NCBI GenBank assembly: GCA_964016885.1
Contig: OZ024743.1
Span: forward strand, 311,674,001 to 311,738,000
Reading direction: 5' to 3'
Source: Eledone cirrhosa
Taxonomy: Eukaryota
Length of the DNA: 64,000 bases
The notes below the pieces were generated by a model, which worked only from the letters and a program-made list of their open reading frames with translations, ran no database searches and was not told the origin of the DNA. This document shows, piece by piece, positions 51,465 through 64,000 of the stretch (position 1 is its first letter; each line of letters opens with the position of its first letter). The position numbers and the translations under genes were made by a program.

Positions 51465-51760
51465 CTACATTTTGAATTTATATTTATATTTAAACGTTGA
51501 GTTTAATCTATGTCTGCAGCAACTGAATAAATTATTTCTTAAGTTCAGGGAATTTTTGGTCTTTAATATAAAGAATATTTCCTCTATACAAAGATCGCAA
51601 TTTTCTGAAGAGGAGTTAAAAGGAGTAGCTTTTGAAATAATATTCCAAATCAACGAATATTCAACGTTCTTTAGTTTTATGTCACATAATAGGCTAGATA
51701 GAGAAGTTGAAGATTTTTTTGTTTGGATCTGTAAAAGAATTTTTATGATTTTTATTGTTC
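51465..51760 (-). pseudogene. PLE GIY-YIG C-terminal fragment
   Basis: WNIISKA.PF..S..CDLCIEE.FFI...LN.R..L.SCCRH. Confidence 0.8.
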
Positions 51761-52174
51761 TGATAGCTTCTCCTATTTTCGGAATTTTAAGTTAAATATA
51801 CGTAAAATAAATTTCTATACTAAATCTATTAAACATACTATTATTTTGAAATTATAACTTAAAATATTCTATAATATTTTAAAATTATTCTATAATAATT
51901 TAAAATTATATTTCCAAATTGTAATATAATTCTTTTGCATTTTATGTACTCAATTATACTATGTACTGTATTTATATATACTTCTCTCTATATGTGAGTA
52001 TATATGTATATGTGTGTATTGACATACATGTACATATGTTTTATGCGTTTTTATGAATGTATGTCTGTCTGTATGTATGGTTGAGGGTACACATATGTAT
52101 ATATGTATATGTGGGAATTGTGTATATACATATGCGTGTATATCCATACAATTTGATTGCACTTATGTAATACA

Positions 52175-52229
52175 CATGTAAAGTTTGAAAAGAGTCGGTT
52201 GGGTATTTCTCGAGTTTTAGGGATTCAAA

Positions 52230-52267
<38 letters not shown>

Positions 52268-52550
52268 TCCTCAGGGAAGTGACGTAATGCAGACAGATAT
52301 TATAAGGGCGCGAAGTTATATGTATGTATCTATCTAAAAAGAGAAAGACTAAGAATTATAGAGAGAGATCGTTAAATCGCCTAATGCGGTCCCTAGAGCA
52401 TTGAAAATTTGAAATTTTCTTTCCTCGGAACACTTCCTGAAACATAAGTATTACATGTGTAAAGTTTGAAAACAGTCGGTTGGGTGTTTCTCGAGTTTTA
52501 GGGATTCAAACTCTCACACACACACAGACAGACATAATTAATTTTATATA
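52175..52550 (-). mobile_element. Helitron 5' fragment
   Basis: 52283-52385 matches 6810-6920; internal direct repeat. Confidence 0.6.
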
Positions 52551-52765
52551 TATATATATATTATTAGAAATATAAGCTATCGCCGTATTTTGACTAAAGA
52601 AATTAAAGAAATTATTTAGCCTGATAGTGGGGTTAAGAACCCTCGGAGAAATGGAAAAAGATGAGTATTGACGTACATGGGAGTCGAACCCACATCTTTG
52701 GTTATCCGGACCACTGTGATACCATTTACACCAACTCGCTGTTTCGAAAATATTCAAGGGGGACA

Positions 52766-52809
52766 ACCGTCTATGCATTTCAGGCTTAACTGGCCGTCAT
52801 CAGGACGGT
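52766..52809 (-). ncRNA. Minimal type I hammerhead, family B
   Basis: ACCGTC-CTGATGA-C-GGC-CAGTTAA-GCC-T-GAAA-TGCA-TA-GACGGT; octamer 52895-52902 and TATATT 52854-52859 upstream. Confidence 0.9.
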
Positions 52810-53024
52810 CCTTCCCACCGCTTGCGACTGCCGGACTAGAAGACAGGCGAGAAAATATACTTTTCTCGTCTCTGTAAATGAGGTGATTAATCTCATTTGC
52901 ATATGAAGCTGCATAAGTTGGCTCAACTTATAATAAAAAAAGAAATAGGATTCCGCTTCAAGCATAACTTTATACAATATGTATAAATATTTCGTATCTC
53001 CAAGGAAATACGGTTTTAGGAAAT

Positions 53025-53088
<64 letters not shown>

Positions 53089-53234
53089 TTATATATAAAT
53101 ATATATATAAAATATATATATATATATATATATATATTAGTAGAACACTGGAAGGTAATATCCGTAGTGGTAGAGCACTCAGTCCATGGGACGAGTTAGG
53201 TAGAAGTGGTTACACAACAGTTAGTTCCCCATAC

Positions 53235-53272
53235 CGAGAACAATTGTTTCACCTTAGCGGATCCTCAGCTCG
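53235..53272 (-). ncRNA. Minimal type I hammerhead
   Basis: CGAG-CTGAGGA-T-CC-GCTAA-GG-T-GAAA-CAATTG-TT-CTCG. Confidence 0.8.
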
Positions 53273-53321
53273 TAATGGACATGGTTATACGGAACAGGAA
53301 GGGCAACCGTATGTATATGTA

Positions 53322-53356
<35 letters not shown>

Positions 53357-53363
<7 letters not shown>

Positions 53364-53808
53364 GAATTGGTGCTCTGAAATAGCGATATATATATATGAA
53401 TGTGTATATAGTGTATTTTGCAATACACTGTATGCTTAATTAAAAGCATTTTGAAGACCTTATGCTATTGTTTTAGAATAGTGACAGTCTCACTTACTTT
53501 AAATTTTCAGCAAACATGGGGAGATAAAGCTGACAGAGCTCTGTTTCGTACTGTTTGGTACTTATCAAAGCTAAGTACTCCACCTGTTTGCTGAAAATCA
53601 CGAATGTTTGATTCTTATAGAATTCTAGTAATATTCAGGAACTGATTATACAGAGCGGTTGCCGGTCAAGCAGAAATTAAAAATTAGAATTGGTGCTCTG
53701 AAATGGCGATATATATATGAATGTATATATAGTGTATTTTGCAATACACTGTATGCTTAACTAAAAAGCATTTTGAAGACCTTACGGTATTGTTTTAGAG
53801 TAGTGACA

Positions 53809-53810
<2 letters not shown>
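53357..53810 (-). mobile_element. Family F unit with ~130-bp direct repeats and U3-A8 hammerhead (53528-53572)
   Basis: AGCT-TTGATAA-GTAC-CAAACA-GTAC-GAAA-CAGAGCTCTG-TC-AGCT; 53357-53487 repeated at 53680-53810. Confidence 0.88.
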
Positions 53811-53881
<71 letters not shown>

Positions 53882-53892
53882 ATAATTATTAT

Positions 53893-53938
<46 letters not shown>

Positions 53939-55425
53939 ATAATAATTTGAAGACTAAAATCCAAATATATATATATATTCAAGTAACGAAGGGAGGGGAA
54001 AATTAATTAAAATATTAATTAATTAATTATTTAATTCCAATCACTCATAGAGGTTACTAATTACATATAGCTATACTTAGGTAAAATATGCAGGTGGATA
54101 GTTGAAAGTAGAACTGAAATTAAAGATAAATTAAATTTGTAGCTATTATTGAATTGAGAAGTCGTAGAATATTATATTGTATTATATATGGAATGTATTA
54201 TGGGGTGTGGGATAATATAACATGTAATCTAATGCTGTTAATCTAATTAACTGCTATATGGTGAGATATGAAAATATTAAAATATAAAGAAATAGTGAAG
54301 AAATATTAAAATAGTATATAAAGGGCGATGCACCAGCATTGCCTCAGCCGGATAGCTGGAAAAGGTAAAAGAGTAAAAGAGTAATATAGTAATATAATAA
54401 ATAATAACAAAAATTATATAAAAATAAGGTGTTGGTGGAGTTAAACACTATATATATATAGTAATAATAATAAATTTGAAGACTAAAATCCAAAGAGAGC
54501 TCGATAAGGATAAATATATATCAAATATATAAGAACCATAGAGCAAATATTTATTAAAATAACAGATTAAAGTTTAAGCAAAAATCGTTTATATTTTTTA
54601 TAAATTTTGTAAAAAAAATCTTTAATCTTATAATTCTTATAATCCTTGCAATCTTTTAACCTTTATAATTTTTTATATCTGTTTATAACTTTTATTTTTG
54701 TTTTAATTAATTTTTATTATTTTATACAATTTATATAAATCAGTACTTCTCTCTAGCAATGTAACCTTTTAAGTCTCCACCGTTATCTGGTTTTCAGTCA
54801 ATGTCAATGCCCCATGGCCTCTGCGACAGTGGAATCCACGGTTGTGATTAATGAATGGCATTTTCTAACAACAGTAGAATTCCTGTCGTCATCTAGCAAC
54901 ACCTACACCTCCATCACGCCCACCAGCCTAAAATAGCATTAATACTTGAGATATTTGGGGATGGTTTGCCGTTACTATAACACTGAATTGGCATGCCATC
55001 CATGAATTGATTCGGTCCTCTATTTTCTATGTTCTGTTCTCTGCTTTCTTTCGCCGTAACCCTGTTGTCTTACGGAACTAATTCTTCAATTAACACCTGA
55101 TGAAATCGCCTGAGTTTTGCATCATGAAGCTGGGCCATCGATATATGTATAGAATTTTCCCCGAATTAAAACATTAAAGTAAATTTCCAGTCCGGCCTTC
55201 TGTTGTTTTTAATGAATATTTAACTCCGTTCCTGCACCAGCCACGGGATACCACATCTACGATGAATGATTTTCATAACGACGAGTGCTTAATTTATTGC
55301 GTCATCGTTTACTAACCGGAATCCCTATTTCCACCCATTGGTGAGCAACCTAAACAAATGGTATATATATATATAAACAAGATGGTGTAGGACAGAACAA
55401 AGGAGAGACACAAAATAACAAATTA

Positions 55426-55466
55426 GTCACTGATGAGGTCACAGATGTGTGACGAAAAGCTTTGAC
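55426..55466 (+). ncRNA. Minimal hammerhead, family D
   Basis: GTCA-CTGATGA-G-GTCAC-AGATGT-GTGAC-GAAA-AGC-TT-TGAC. Confidence 0.85.
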
Positions 55467-56166
55467 AATAGACAAATAAATAACCATTCAGTAATAAACT
55501 AACCAACTGGAAATTTATAATAAATTGAAATGAAAACCGACAGGTGCGTGTGTTTTATTGGCAGCATGACCCTCCCAAAGTATAACAATATATATATATA
55601 TATATGTGTGTGTGTATGTGTGTGTACGTATTTCTAAAGCCGGTAAGCGGATAGAAGGTTTTGAATTCAAAGTTAGTAACTTCAACGTTTTTCCAATGAA
55701 AAATAATCTAAGTTGGACACATAAGCCTCTGGGGACGGAAAACATTTATCCAGCGCCACCAGTGAGACACGAATTCGCACCTATAATACACCGTTTCACT
55801 GTGCTACTATTACACCAGCGCGCCAGCCAACGAATTTTCCGGCATATTGCAGGTGTGGATTCGAGTTCTACGAACGGCACTACACAAAGATTTTTTCCGT
55901 CTCCAAAGGTTTATATGCCCAAATTATTAGACTATTTTCTTATAGTCAAAAATATTAAAGCTACTAACTTTCAATTCAAAACTCCCTACCCGTTTTGCAG
56001 TTCTAAAATAAAGATTGTTTGCATATTTTCTGATTGAATGATAAGGTTTAAAATAACGGAAATTTTTTGTCAGCTGCTAACTGCCTTTGAATTCATAACA
56101 CACACATACTCACAACACAAACACATACACACACACTCATACATATATATATGTATGTATATGTAA

Positions 56167-56200
<34 letters not shown>

Positions 56201-56202
56201 AA

Positions 56203-56236
<34 letters not shown>

Positions 56237-56241
<5 letters not shown>

Positions 56242-56431
56242 AAAAGAAAAAACACAGGTAAGCATTAAAAAAAGGATTTTATCCAGGTATTTACGGCCGT
56301 TTCATTGGTAAGTGCAAACTTATATTGCTTTGCAGTATAGCAATATAAGGTTGCACTTACCAATGAAACGGTCGTAAATACCTGGATAAAATCCTTTTTT
56401 TAATGCTTACCTGTGTTTTCTCTTTTATTCT
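56237..56431. mobile_element. Fold-back palindrome centred in a hammerhead stem II
   Basis: ~93-bp arms; GAAA-CGG(T/C)CG-TA at 56365-56376 and in the mirror arm. Confidence 0.85.
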
Positions 56432-56558
56432 TTATACTCCAAGATTGAACGTGATTCTTACAAACTTGTGGAGTTACCCCTAACCGTACGTTGAAACCGT
56501 CCATGAAACTGGCTCTCTTAACCACGAACTGTATTACAATAAGCAATTGTTTGCTTCC

Positions 56559-56600
<42 letters not shown>

Positions 56601-56603
<3 letters not shown>

Positions 56604-58683
56604 AAAGGTAAACAGAAATAACAATACAATCGGTACAGTATATGGAAGGTATATATTAGGTTAACGCTTGATATAGCAGGAAGATGGTCTTAACGTCTCG
56701 GACGCTAGTCCTTCATCAGAAGAAAGAATGAGAAATAAAATAGATTGAGGGGACGGGCGGAATGGAATTGGAAAATAATGTCTTTAGATAGAAAATAACA
56801 GGTCCATTCATGTTGACATCTCTTGCAAAACTGTTGGTGCTGGCGTTTTTTGTATGATTTATTTTTTAGAAAAGTGGATGATGGAGCTGCAATGGAAAAA
56901 AAGCGTTTAGTAAAAAGAGCTATACTTGAGCACGTGCGTAAGCATGTGTTTGTACGTGTGTTTGTGTGTGTGTGTTATTATAGGTCTGTACGAAGGTAAG
57001 AAGAAATGTGTGTGTATATGTGAGTAAGAGAGTGTGTGTGTGCATGTAAGTACGAAGCTATGAGCAAAAGTATGTTAATATAAGGGTGTGTATAGGCATG
57101 TATTAGTTGTAAGAGAAGCTGCTAATGATCAAGAGAAAGCGATAGGAATCTAGGGGTGTGATAATGGACGGGGTATTTGAGAAATTGGGGAGGTGAGTTG
57201 AGTCCAAGAGGGGAATAGGACCGAAGACGGTGAATCGGACTTTGTCTGTGATCCATGACTGAAACACCCAGGACTGAAACATGTAGGGAAGAATGACCAG
57301 GAGAATAGAAATGACGAGTGACAGGAGTATCCAAACCGAGTCTGATGTCCCTCAAATGTTCGGCGAAATGGACCGCCATACGGCGTCCCGTTTGTCCGAT
57401 ATATAAAGACTCACAAAGGGAACACCGGAGCGCATAGACAACGTGGGTGGATGTGCAGGTGAAGGAATGGCGGATACGGAAAGACTCGTTAGGGCCTGTA
57501 AGAGTGGTGAGGGTGGAAATAAAGGGAAAAGTATTGCAGCGGGAACAGGAACAAGGATGAGAGCCGGGTAGAGTCGTGGGAGAGGACGAAAAGGAACTGC
57601 GAACCAGACGCGCTTAAAAGCAGTAATGGGTGGGTTTGAAAAAAGCGAGAAGTTACGGGTTCAGAAGAAAGGATACGGAAGGAACGGAGCATATGTCGCC
57701 GGAGTGGTAGGGTGATGGGTGGTAGGTGAGAGGGAAAGGAACACGGGTGTTGGGAGGGCGGAGTGAGGTGAGAGGGCTGTGGTGCGGTCTGTTTGATGGG
57801 TGCCGGTGAGAGCAGCTTGGATCAAGGTGGGGGGATATCCACGCTGGATGAAGCAGGAAGCCATGCGAAGGGAATGGGTTTCGAAATCGTCGTCCTGGCT
57901 ACAGAGTTGACGAAGACGGAGGAATTTGGAATAGGCTATGGAGTGTTTCGTGTGGGTTGGATAGGAGGGGGTGAAGTCGAGATAAGATTGGGAGTCTGTT
58001 GGTTTAATGTGGATGGAAGTAGAGAGGGTGTGGTGAGAGTGATTAATAGATAAAGAGATATCTAGATAAGCGACAGAAGAATCGGAGACAGAGGCGGTGA
58101 AATTGAGATCAGGATGGAAAGATAGGACAAAAAAAAGAAAACAGTCGAGCTGTTCTCGTGATAGAGAGGTGGCGCCGATACAGTCGTCGATATAACGACC
58201 GTATAGCTCAGGTGTCGGTCCAGCGTACTGGGAGAAGATCTGGGCTTCGACGTGGCCAACAAACAAGTTGGCATAGTTTGGACCCATTCTGGTTACCATC
58301 GCTACCCCAGAGACCTGATGGTAAAATTCACCCGAAAAATAAAATCCATTAAGGGCGAGAACAAGCTCCGCCAAACGGAGAAGAGTGGTAGTGCTGGGGT
58401 AAGGGGTAGGGCGTAAATCTAAAAAATGCTGAAGAGGGCGGAGGCCGTCATCATGAGGGATGACGGTATAGAGAGAGGTGATGTCCAGGGTAAAGAGAAG
58501 GCGGGAGGGACCAGGAGGGAAGGAGAAAGAGTTGAAGAGTCTAAGGGAATGATTTGTATCGTGGATGTGGGAGGGGAGATTTCTGACCAACGGGGCGAGG
58601 ATGGTGTCTAAATATTCTGAAACTATCTCGGTGGGGCAGTTGCACGCAGAAACGATAGGATGATTTTGTTTGTGTATTTTGGG
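56601..58683 (-). mobile_element. 5'-truncated Neptune-type PLE with 3' hammerhead (56688-56723, GAAA changed to GAGA)
   Basis: ORF 57661-58590 LDITSLYTVIP, TRMGPNYANL, RYIDD, KPTDS; GIY-YIG LYIGQTGR..FAEH. Confidence 0.93.
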
Positions 58684-58868
58684 ATATATATAGATAGATA
58701 GATAGATAGATAAATATACACGGGTGTGTATGATTGTGTATAGAAGATTATATTAATAAGAGGAATTCCAACTTTGTCTGATTTACTCGTTTTATTTACA
58801 ATCCTTTAAAATTTATAATGGTATTATAATGAAATAGAATGATAGAATATTAAATGTTAAGTGTTAAT

Positions 58869-58907
58869 TGAACAAGTACTTTCATGCTTTCGCAATCTTC
58901 AGGTTCA
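58869..58907 (-). ncRNA. Minimal type I hammerhead
   Basis: TGAAC-CTGAAGA-T-TGC-GAAA-GCA-T-GAAA-GTAC-TT-GTTCA; island bounded by inverted ends at ~58750 and ~58998 with a hairpin at 58925-58979. Confidence 0.88.
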
Positions 58908-58992
58908 TAATGTGTGGTGACAGTCAAGTTTGCAATTTTCAACTGTCAGTTCAACTGACAGTTGAAAATTGCAAACTTTGGAATTCCTCTTA

Positions 58993-59128
<136 letters not shown>

Positions 59129-59934
59129 CAGAGATTTACCCTAGATAATCATTACACTTAATCTAACTTCCTATCTTGTGCACTTAGTAACTGCAGACGG
59201 TAAACTATAATTGAACTTAGTCACTCCATTAACAGAGGTGATAATAACATTATTTACATAATGACTAAAATGTAGATTCTTTTGACTACACCGAGAGAAG
59301 TGAATGGCCTTAATGTTTCTGATAAAAATGAGATGTTATGTAACTAACAACATTATTTTTATATAGTGAGGATTCTTTATCTTAAATAAATACGACAACA
59401 CTCAGAGAGTGGCTTAGTGATTAGTGGATGCGGAATTGCGAAGTTGTGAATTCGATTCCCGGACCGGACGATGCGTTATGTCCTTGAGTAAGATACTTTA
59501 TTTCACGTTGCTCTTTCTGCCAAGAGTTGTGACCGGTAGATAGTATTAGCAATGGAAAGACTAGTGGAAACATTGTTTCTTTGGTCCGATTTGACTAGTT
59601 TCACCCCACTCGATAACTGAATGAGGTTTGCGATCTTGTTGATCGAGATACTCCTATTCCTTTGACAAACGTTACTCTTAGTATCATTTGAGGACAAGAA
59701 ATTTTACAATTGTGTGTATTTATGTTATTCTGATTAGATGTTCAGTTTTAATTTCTTATCAATAGAGAGTGGGCTGGTTTCTAACCCAGAAACAAGGCTC
59801 TAGGTAATTATGTATGTCTGCCTAAGTGTATGTGTATAGAAATGTATGGAAATGTATGTTTTGAATTATGTTTGTGCACATTTATATATGTTTCTATATC
59901 TGAACGTGTATACATCAGGAATTCGATCCCGTCA

Positions 59935-60218
59935 TAGGAAACACATGGTTCAGACAGAAGAACAAGTACAAAGAGGCCTGGATGCGCCCACGTTCACGTC
60001 ATTAGCATATTAGTGACTATGTGATTGTAAAATGTAACGATTTGCAGGATGTCAGTTATATCCATTGTATGAGAGGGGCAGAGTGTTGGACAGGCCACCG
60101 TCTCCTAAGAACAACTCTCCGAGTTCGTACACGGAAGAAGATGAAACATGGTGGTGTCAGAGTGCAGAGATATAAACTTCTCCCAATTGGCCAACCCATA
60201 AAAATGAAAAAATTTTAA
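59935..60218 (+). pseudogene. RTE-type LINE AP-endonuclease C-terminal fragment
   Basis: AWMRPRSRH*HISDYVIV..DLQDV..MRGAECWTGHRLL. Confidence 0.8.
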
Positions 60219-60442
60219 GTAAGCAATTTAACAAATTGAATTCACCAACGGTGATGATGTATGACTGTCTTTCAGCAAACAGCTTAATAAGGCAGTGACC
60301 ACGCCTTTGGGTTATGTAGAGAAAAGATATCAGGGCTGGTTTACTGCAAATGAACCAGTAGTGGAAAGCCTTCATGTAATGTTCGAAGGAAGGTACAGAA
60401 AGATCTCAGCTGGAGAAGGCTTTGAAAGAATGTCAGGCGTAG

Positions 60443-61260
60443 GTGCAACGTGAACTCCGGGCAACAAAAAATTCATGGTCGAACAATACAGCGCATCACA
60501 TACAAGACTCTCTTGCAATCCAAGAACAGGAAATAACAACAAAACACCTGATGCACAAAAGAGACAGGGATGCAAGCAAAACATCTAGATGTAACAACAG
60601 ATGCAGACTGCTGAATAAACACCAAGGATATCAGCCACTGCATAAGCAGCTGTGTAAAGTTGTCATCACAATACTATCCATCAATGAGGCATGATGTAGG
60701 AGCCAAAACTCCATACAACGCAATCTATAGAAAGGATAGTCCTGAGAATAAACATAAAAAGTTACAGCAATGTGGAGGATATATATATATATAATATGAA
60801 AGCGTACTGGTGGAATGTTCCAGTCAAAACCCCAATAAAATACAAACACAACAGACCAGATATAATGATATGGGATAGGGAAAAGAATACATGCAGGGTA
60901 GTGGAAATCAGCTGCCCAGCAGATGTGAATATATTGCTACCGATTAGGGAAAAAAGAACATTTATGCTGAACTAATGAGGAACTTGTAGATACATTCCTT
61001 TAGATTAGTATTGTGATCATTGGAGCTCAGGGATATGTTACTAATCGTTCCAGTACAAATCTTGAGAAGTTGGACTTCACAGAACCAGAAAGAACAGGAC
61101 TAGTTAGGAAGTTGCAAGCATATCCATTAATGGAACTGTAAAAATATGTAAAACTTTTCAGAAATTCAGCATGTAGTAACTGTATATATACATGTATAGA
61201 TACAAAATCATATGCAAGTGTATATATATAACTCAAAACATACCGATCAACGCTTGCAAT
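60443..61260 (+). mobile_element. R4/Dong-type LINE 3' fragment (second copy)
   Basis: LAIQEQEI and WWNVPVKTPIK.KHNRPDIMIWDREK..VVEISCP, homologous to 7228-8132. Confidence 0.9.
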
Positions 61261-61454
61261 AGCATTCATACCTGCGCGCACGCACACACACACACACACA
61301 CACACGCACACACACATACACACACAAGCACATAGAGACATACAGACGTATTTACCCCGTTGATGTTAAATTACAGCTAAAGAGTCTTGTATCAATGTTA
61401 GATCCCGGCTCTCTCTCACTCTATTAGTAAAATTTATAAAATAATATAACCAGA

Positions 61455-61499
<45 letters not shown>

Positions 61500-62031
61500 T
61501 ACATACATACATACATACATACATACATACATACATACATACATACATACATACATACATACATACATACATACATACATACATACATACATACATACAT
61601 GAGTGTGATTTGTCCTCTGGGAATGTGTAAGACGTTTTATTTAAAACTAACGTTCTTATTCTATACGATATATAATCGCTACGTAGAGATACATCTGTCG
61701 ATAACGAATTCTAAAGATCCTGTCTCACTAAGATAGAACAGTTTCTATTTGTAATGTTCTTATCTGTATTAACGTGTATTAACTTTTGTGTAAAATATTT
61801 AATGTATTAACTATGAATACAGCTTTGTTATATAAAAAAAATAACATAACGTCCGTATGTGACGTCTATTCGTATTGTAGCATTAACTTAGCGGTGGAAT
61901 ATGTATATATATATATATATATTTATATATAACAAAGAAAGTGTGGTAAGAAACCAGGTGAACCATAACGCACCAGAGTTCGGATCTAGCTGTCGAAACG
62001 AATGGAGCTCTGCCGTCGGGATCCTGACTCT

Positions 62032-62077
<46 letters not shown>

Positions 62078-62131
62078 CGTTTCTGAATTTGTTTACAAAG
62101 ATTCTTTATCTGAAGACGTGTGTTGAAACCG

Positions 62132-62963
62132 ATATTGTTATGCTTTGGGAGGGTCATGTTGCCAATAAGAAACACACGCACCAGTAGCTTTCATTCCAAT
62201 TTATTATACATTAAATTTATAAATCTAAGAATTTATTTATAAATTTCCGGGCGGCTGTTCATATATTGTCAAAGTTCTTTCGTCACACATTTTGTGACCT
62301 CTTCAGTGACTGGGGATTCTTTTCTTTGTTTTGTGCCTCTTCTTTGTTCTGTCCTACGCCATCTTGTTTTTGTGTGTGTTGTGTGCTTAGTTTGCGCATG
62401 TGTTACATCCGGGCGTCTCTGTGTGTTTTTATTTGTTTATTTATTTGTTTATTTACATGTTACTGGTTGGTTGTTTATTTTACGTTTGTGTTTTCCTTTT
62501 GTCCTTAATTGTAAGTTGTGATGTTGCTATTCCATTCATGAAGGGAATAGCAACATCACAATTAAGGACAAAATGAAAACACACACACACATAAAACAAA
62601 CAACCAACCAGTAACATGTAAATAAACAAATAAATAAACAAATAAAAACACACAGACACCCGGATGTAACACATGCGCAAACTAAGCACACAACACACAC
62701 AAAAACAAGATGGCGTAGGACAGAACAAAGGAGAGGCACAAAACAAAGAAAAGAATCCCCAGTCACTGAAGAGGTCACAGAATGTGTGACGAAAGAACTT
62801 TGACAATATATGAACAGCCGTCCGGTTATTGAACCAACCAACCAGCCGGAAATTTATGAATAAATTCTTAGATTTATAAATTTAATGTATAATAAATTGG
62901 AATAAAAGCAACTGGTGCGTGTGTTTCTTATTGGCAACATGACCCTCCCAAAGCATAACAATA
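62132..62963. mobile_element. Family D fold-back palindrome (~400-bp arms) with hammerheads at 62268-62310 (-) and 62762-62804 (+)
   Basis: Axis TTCATGAA 62535-62542; GTCA-CTGAAGA-G-GTCAC..GTGAC-GAAA-GAAC-TT-TGAC. Confidence 0.92.
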
Positions 62964-62974
62964 TATATATATAT

Positions 62975-64000
62975 TTGTCGAGCCGCTTACCAACTTAAAT
63001 GGGTGACCGCCATCAACAGCGCCACAGAAAATAACAGCGGCCACGCAACCCACCCCAAGTTCCCCACTTACCACCCCGACAACCCACTCCACCCCCACCC
63101 ACCAACCACGAACTCGACACTAAACTCATCAGGCTAAAACACTCCATCTCGGATATACTTCACAAACACACACACACACGCATAACACATAACCTCACCA
63201 AATCTCAACTCACCACTCTCTCCAACCTAAAATCGAAGAACCTCATCTATCTCCCCTCCGATAAGGGAAAAGAATTCTGCGTCATCAGCAGAGAGGCCTA
63301 CAACACCCTGGCTCTCCAACACCTTGACGATGACAACCTCTACTCCAAGGTCACGGGAATCACTCCCGCGCAGATAGAAGAGCACATCAACGCCGCCTGG
63401 ACCAACATCTGCGACCGGCAGAAGCTCCCGAAGAAGCTGAGATACAACCTCCTCACGAGGAACAGCAGACTACCCGCCTTCTACCACCTCGTGAAAACAC
63501 ACAAACAGGGACCCGACCTGAAGATCAAGCCCATCGTATCGAGCGTGGAGAGACCACTCTACAAAATTTCATGGCTCCTAGCCAGAATACTCAAACCCAT
63601 CTTAGACACCTTGCCGGGACACGTTAACAGCTCCGAGGAGGTGTTGAAGCGCCTGCATCAAATGGATCCCGGCACCAGAAGGAATAACAGATATGCCTTC
63701 AGCCTTGATGTAGTCGCTCTCTACACCTCGGTCCCGGCACTCCCGGCCGTCAATATACTGATGGAACGCGTCCAATCCACCGACCTACACTGCTTCGGGC
63801 TCACCACCACTGACATCAACCAACTCCTATCCATCGTCGTCGACAACACCTACTTCGGATTCCTTGACCAAACATACCAACAAACCTCGGGATTGCCCAT
63901 GGGATCAAGCCTATCAGGTGTGCTAGCGATCTCTTACATGGACAACCTTGAACGCAAGGCACTCAACGCCTGCCACCCCAACGCCGTAGCCTTTTTCTCA
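62975..64000 (+). mobile_element. Penelope/Poseidon-type PLE RT, open to the window end
   Basis: Frame open from ~63035: PSDKG, FYHLVKTHK, IKPIVS, SLDVVALYTSVP, GLPMGSSLSGVLAISYMD. Confidence 0.92.

Noticed and set aside
62266-62841. Twin hydrophobic ORFs MSKFFRHTFCD on opposite strands
   Set aside because: Mirror translations of a non-coding palindrome, antisense to the hammerhead.

Overview
This is an AT-rich, microsatellite-saturated eukaryotic window with no recognisable host gene. The SINE, (TA)n and (CA)n content resembles an octopus-like mollusc, which is an inference only. Almost all protein-like sequence is decayed transposon: Penelope-like elements (PLEs) of three RT types, an R4/Dong-type LINE in two copies, a CRE-type LINE with a 41-bp tandem tail, RTE endonuclease fragments, Helitron derivatives, a TIR MITE and tRNA-derived SINEs. 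The main signal lies in the 100-800 bp islands between the (TA)n tracts. By eye I count about 27 minimal type I hammerhead ribozyme motifs, counting mirror copies; a few have single core mutations. They show stem covariation, the compensatory U3-A8 core in three families, and ~90-105 nt stem II expansions. Many islands are fold-back palindromes whose axis lies in hammerhead stem II. Two dissimilar non-coding families share an octamer-TATA-GCAG-hammerhead layout with fixed spacing. All structures were read manually; nothing was folded or searched computationally.
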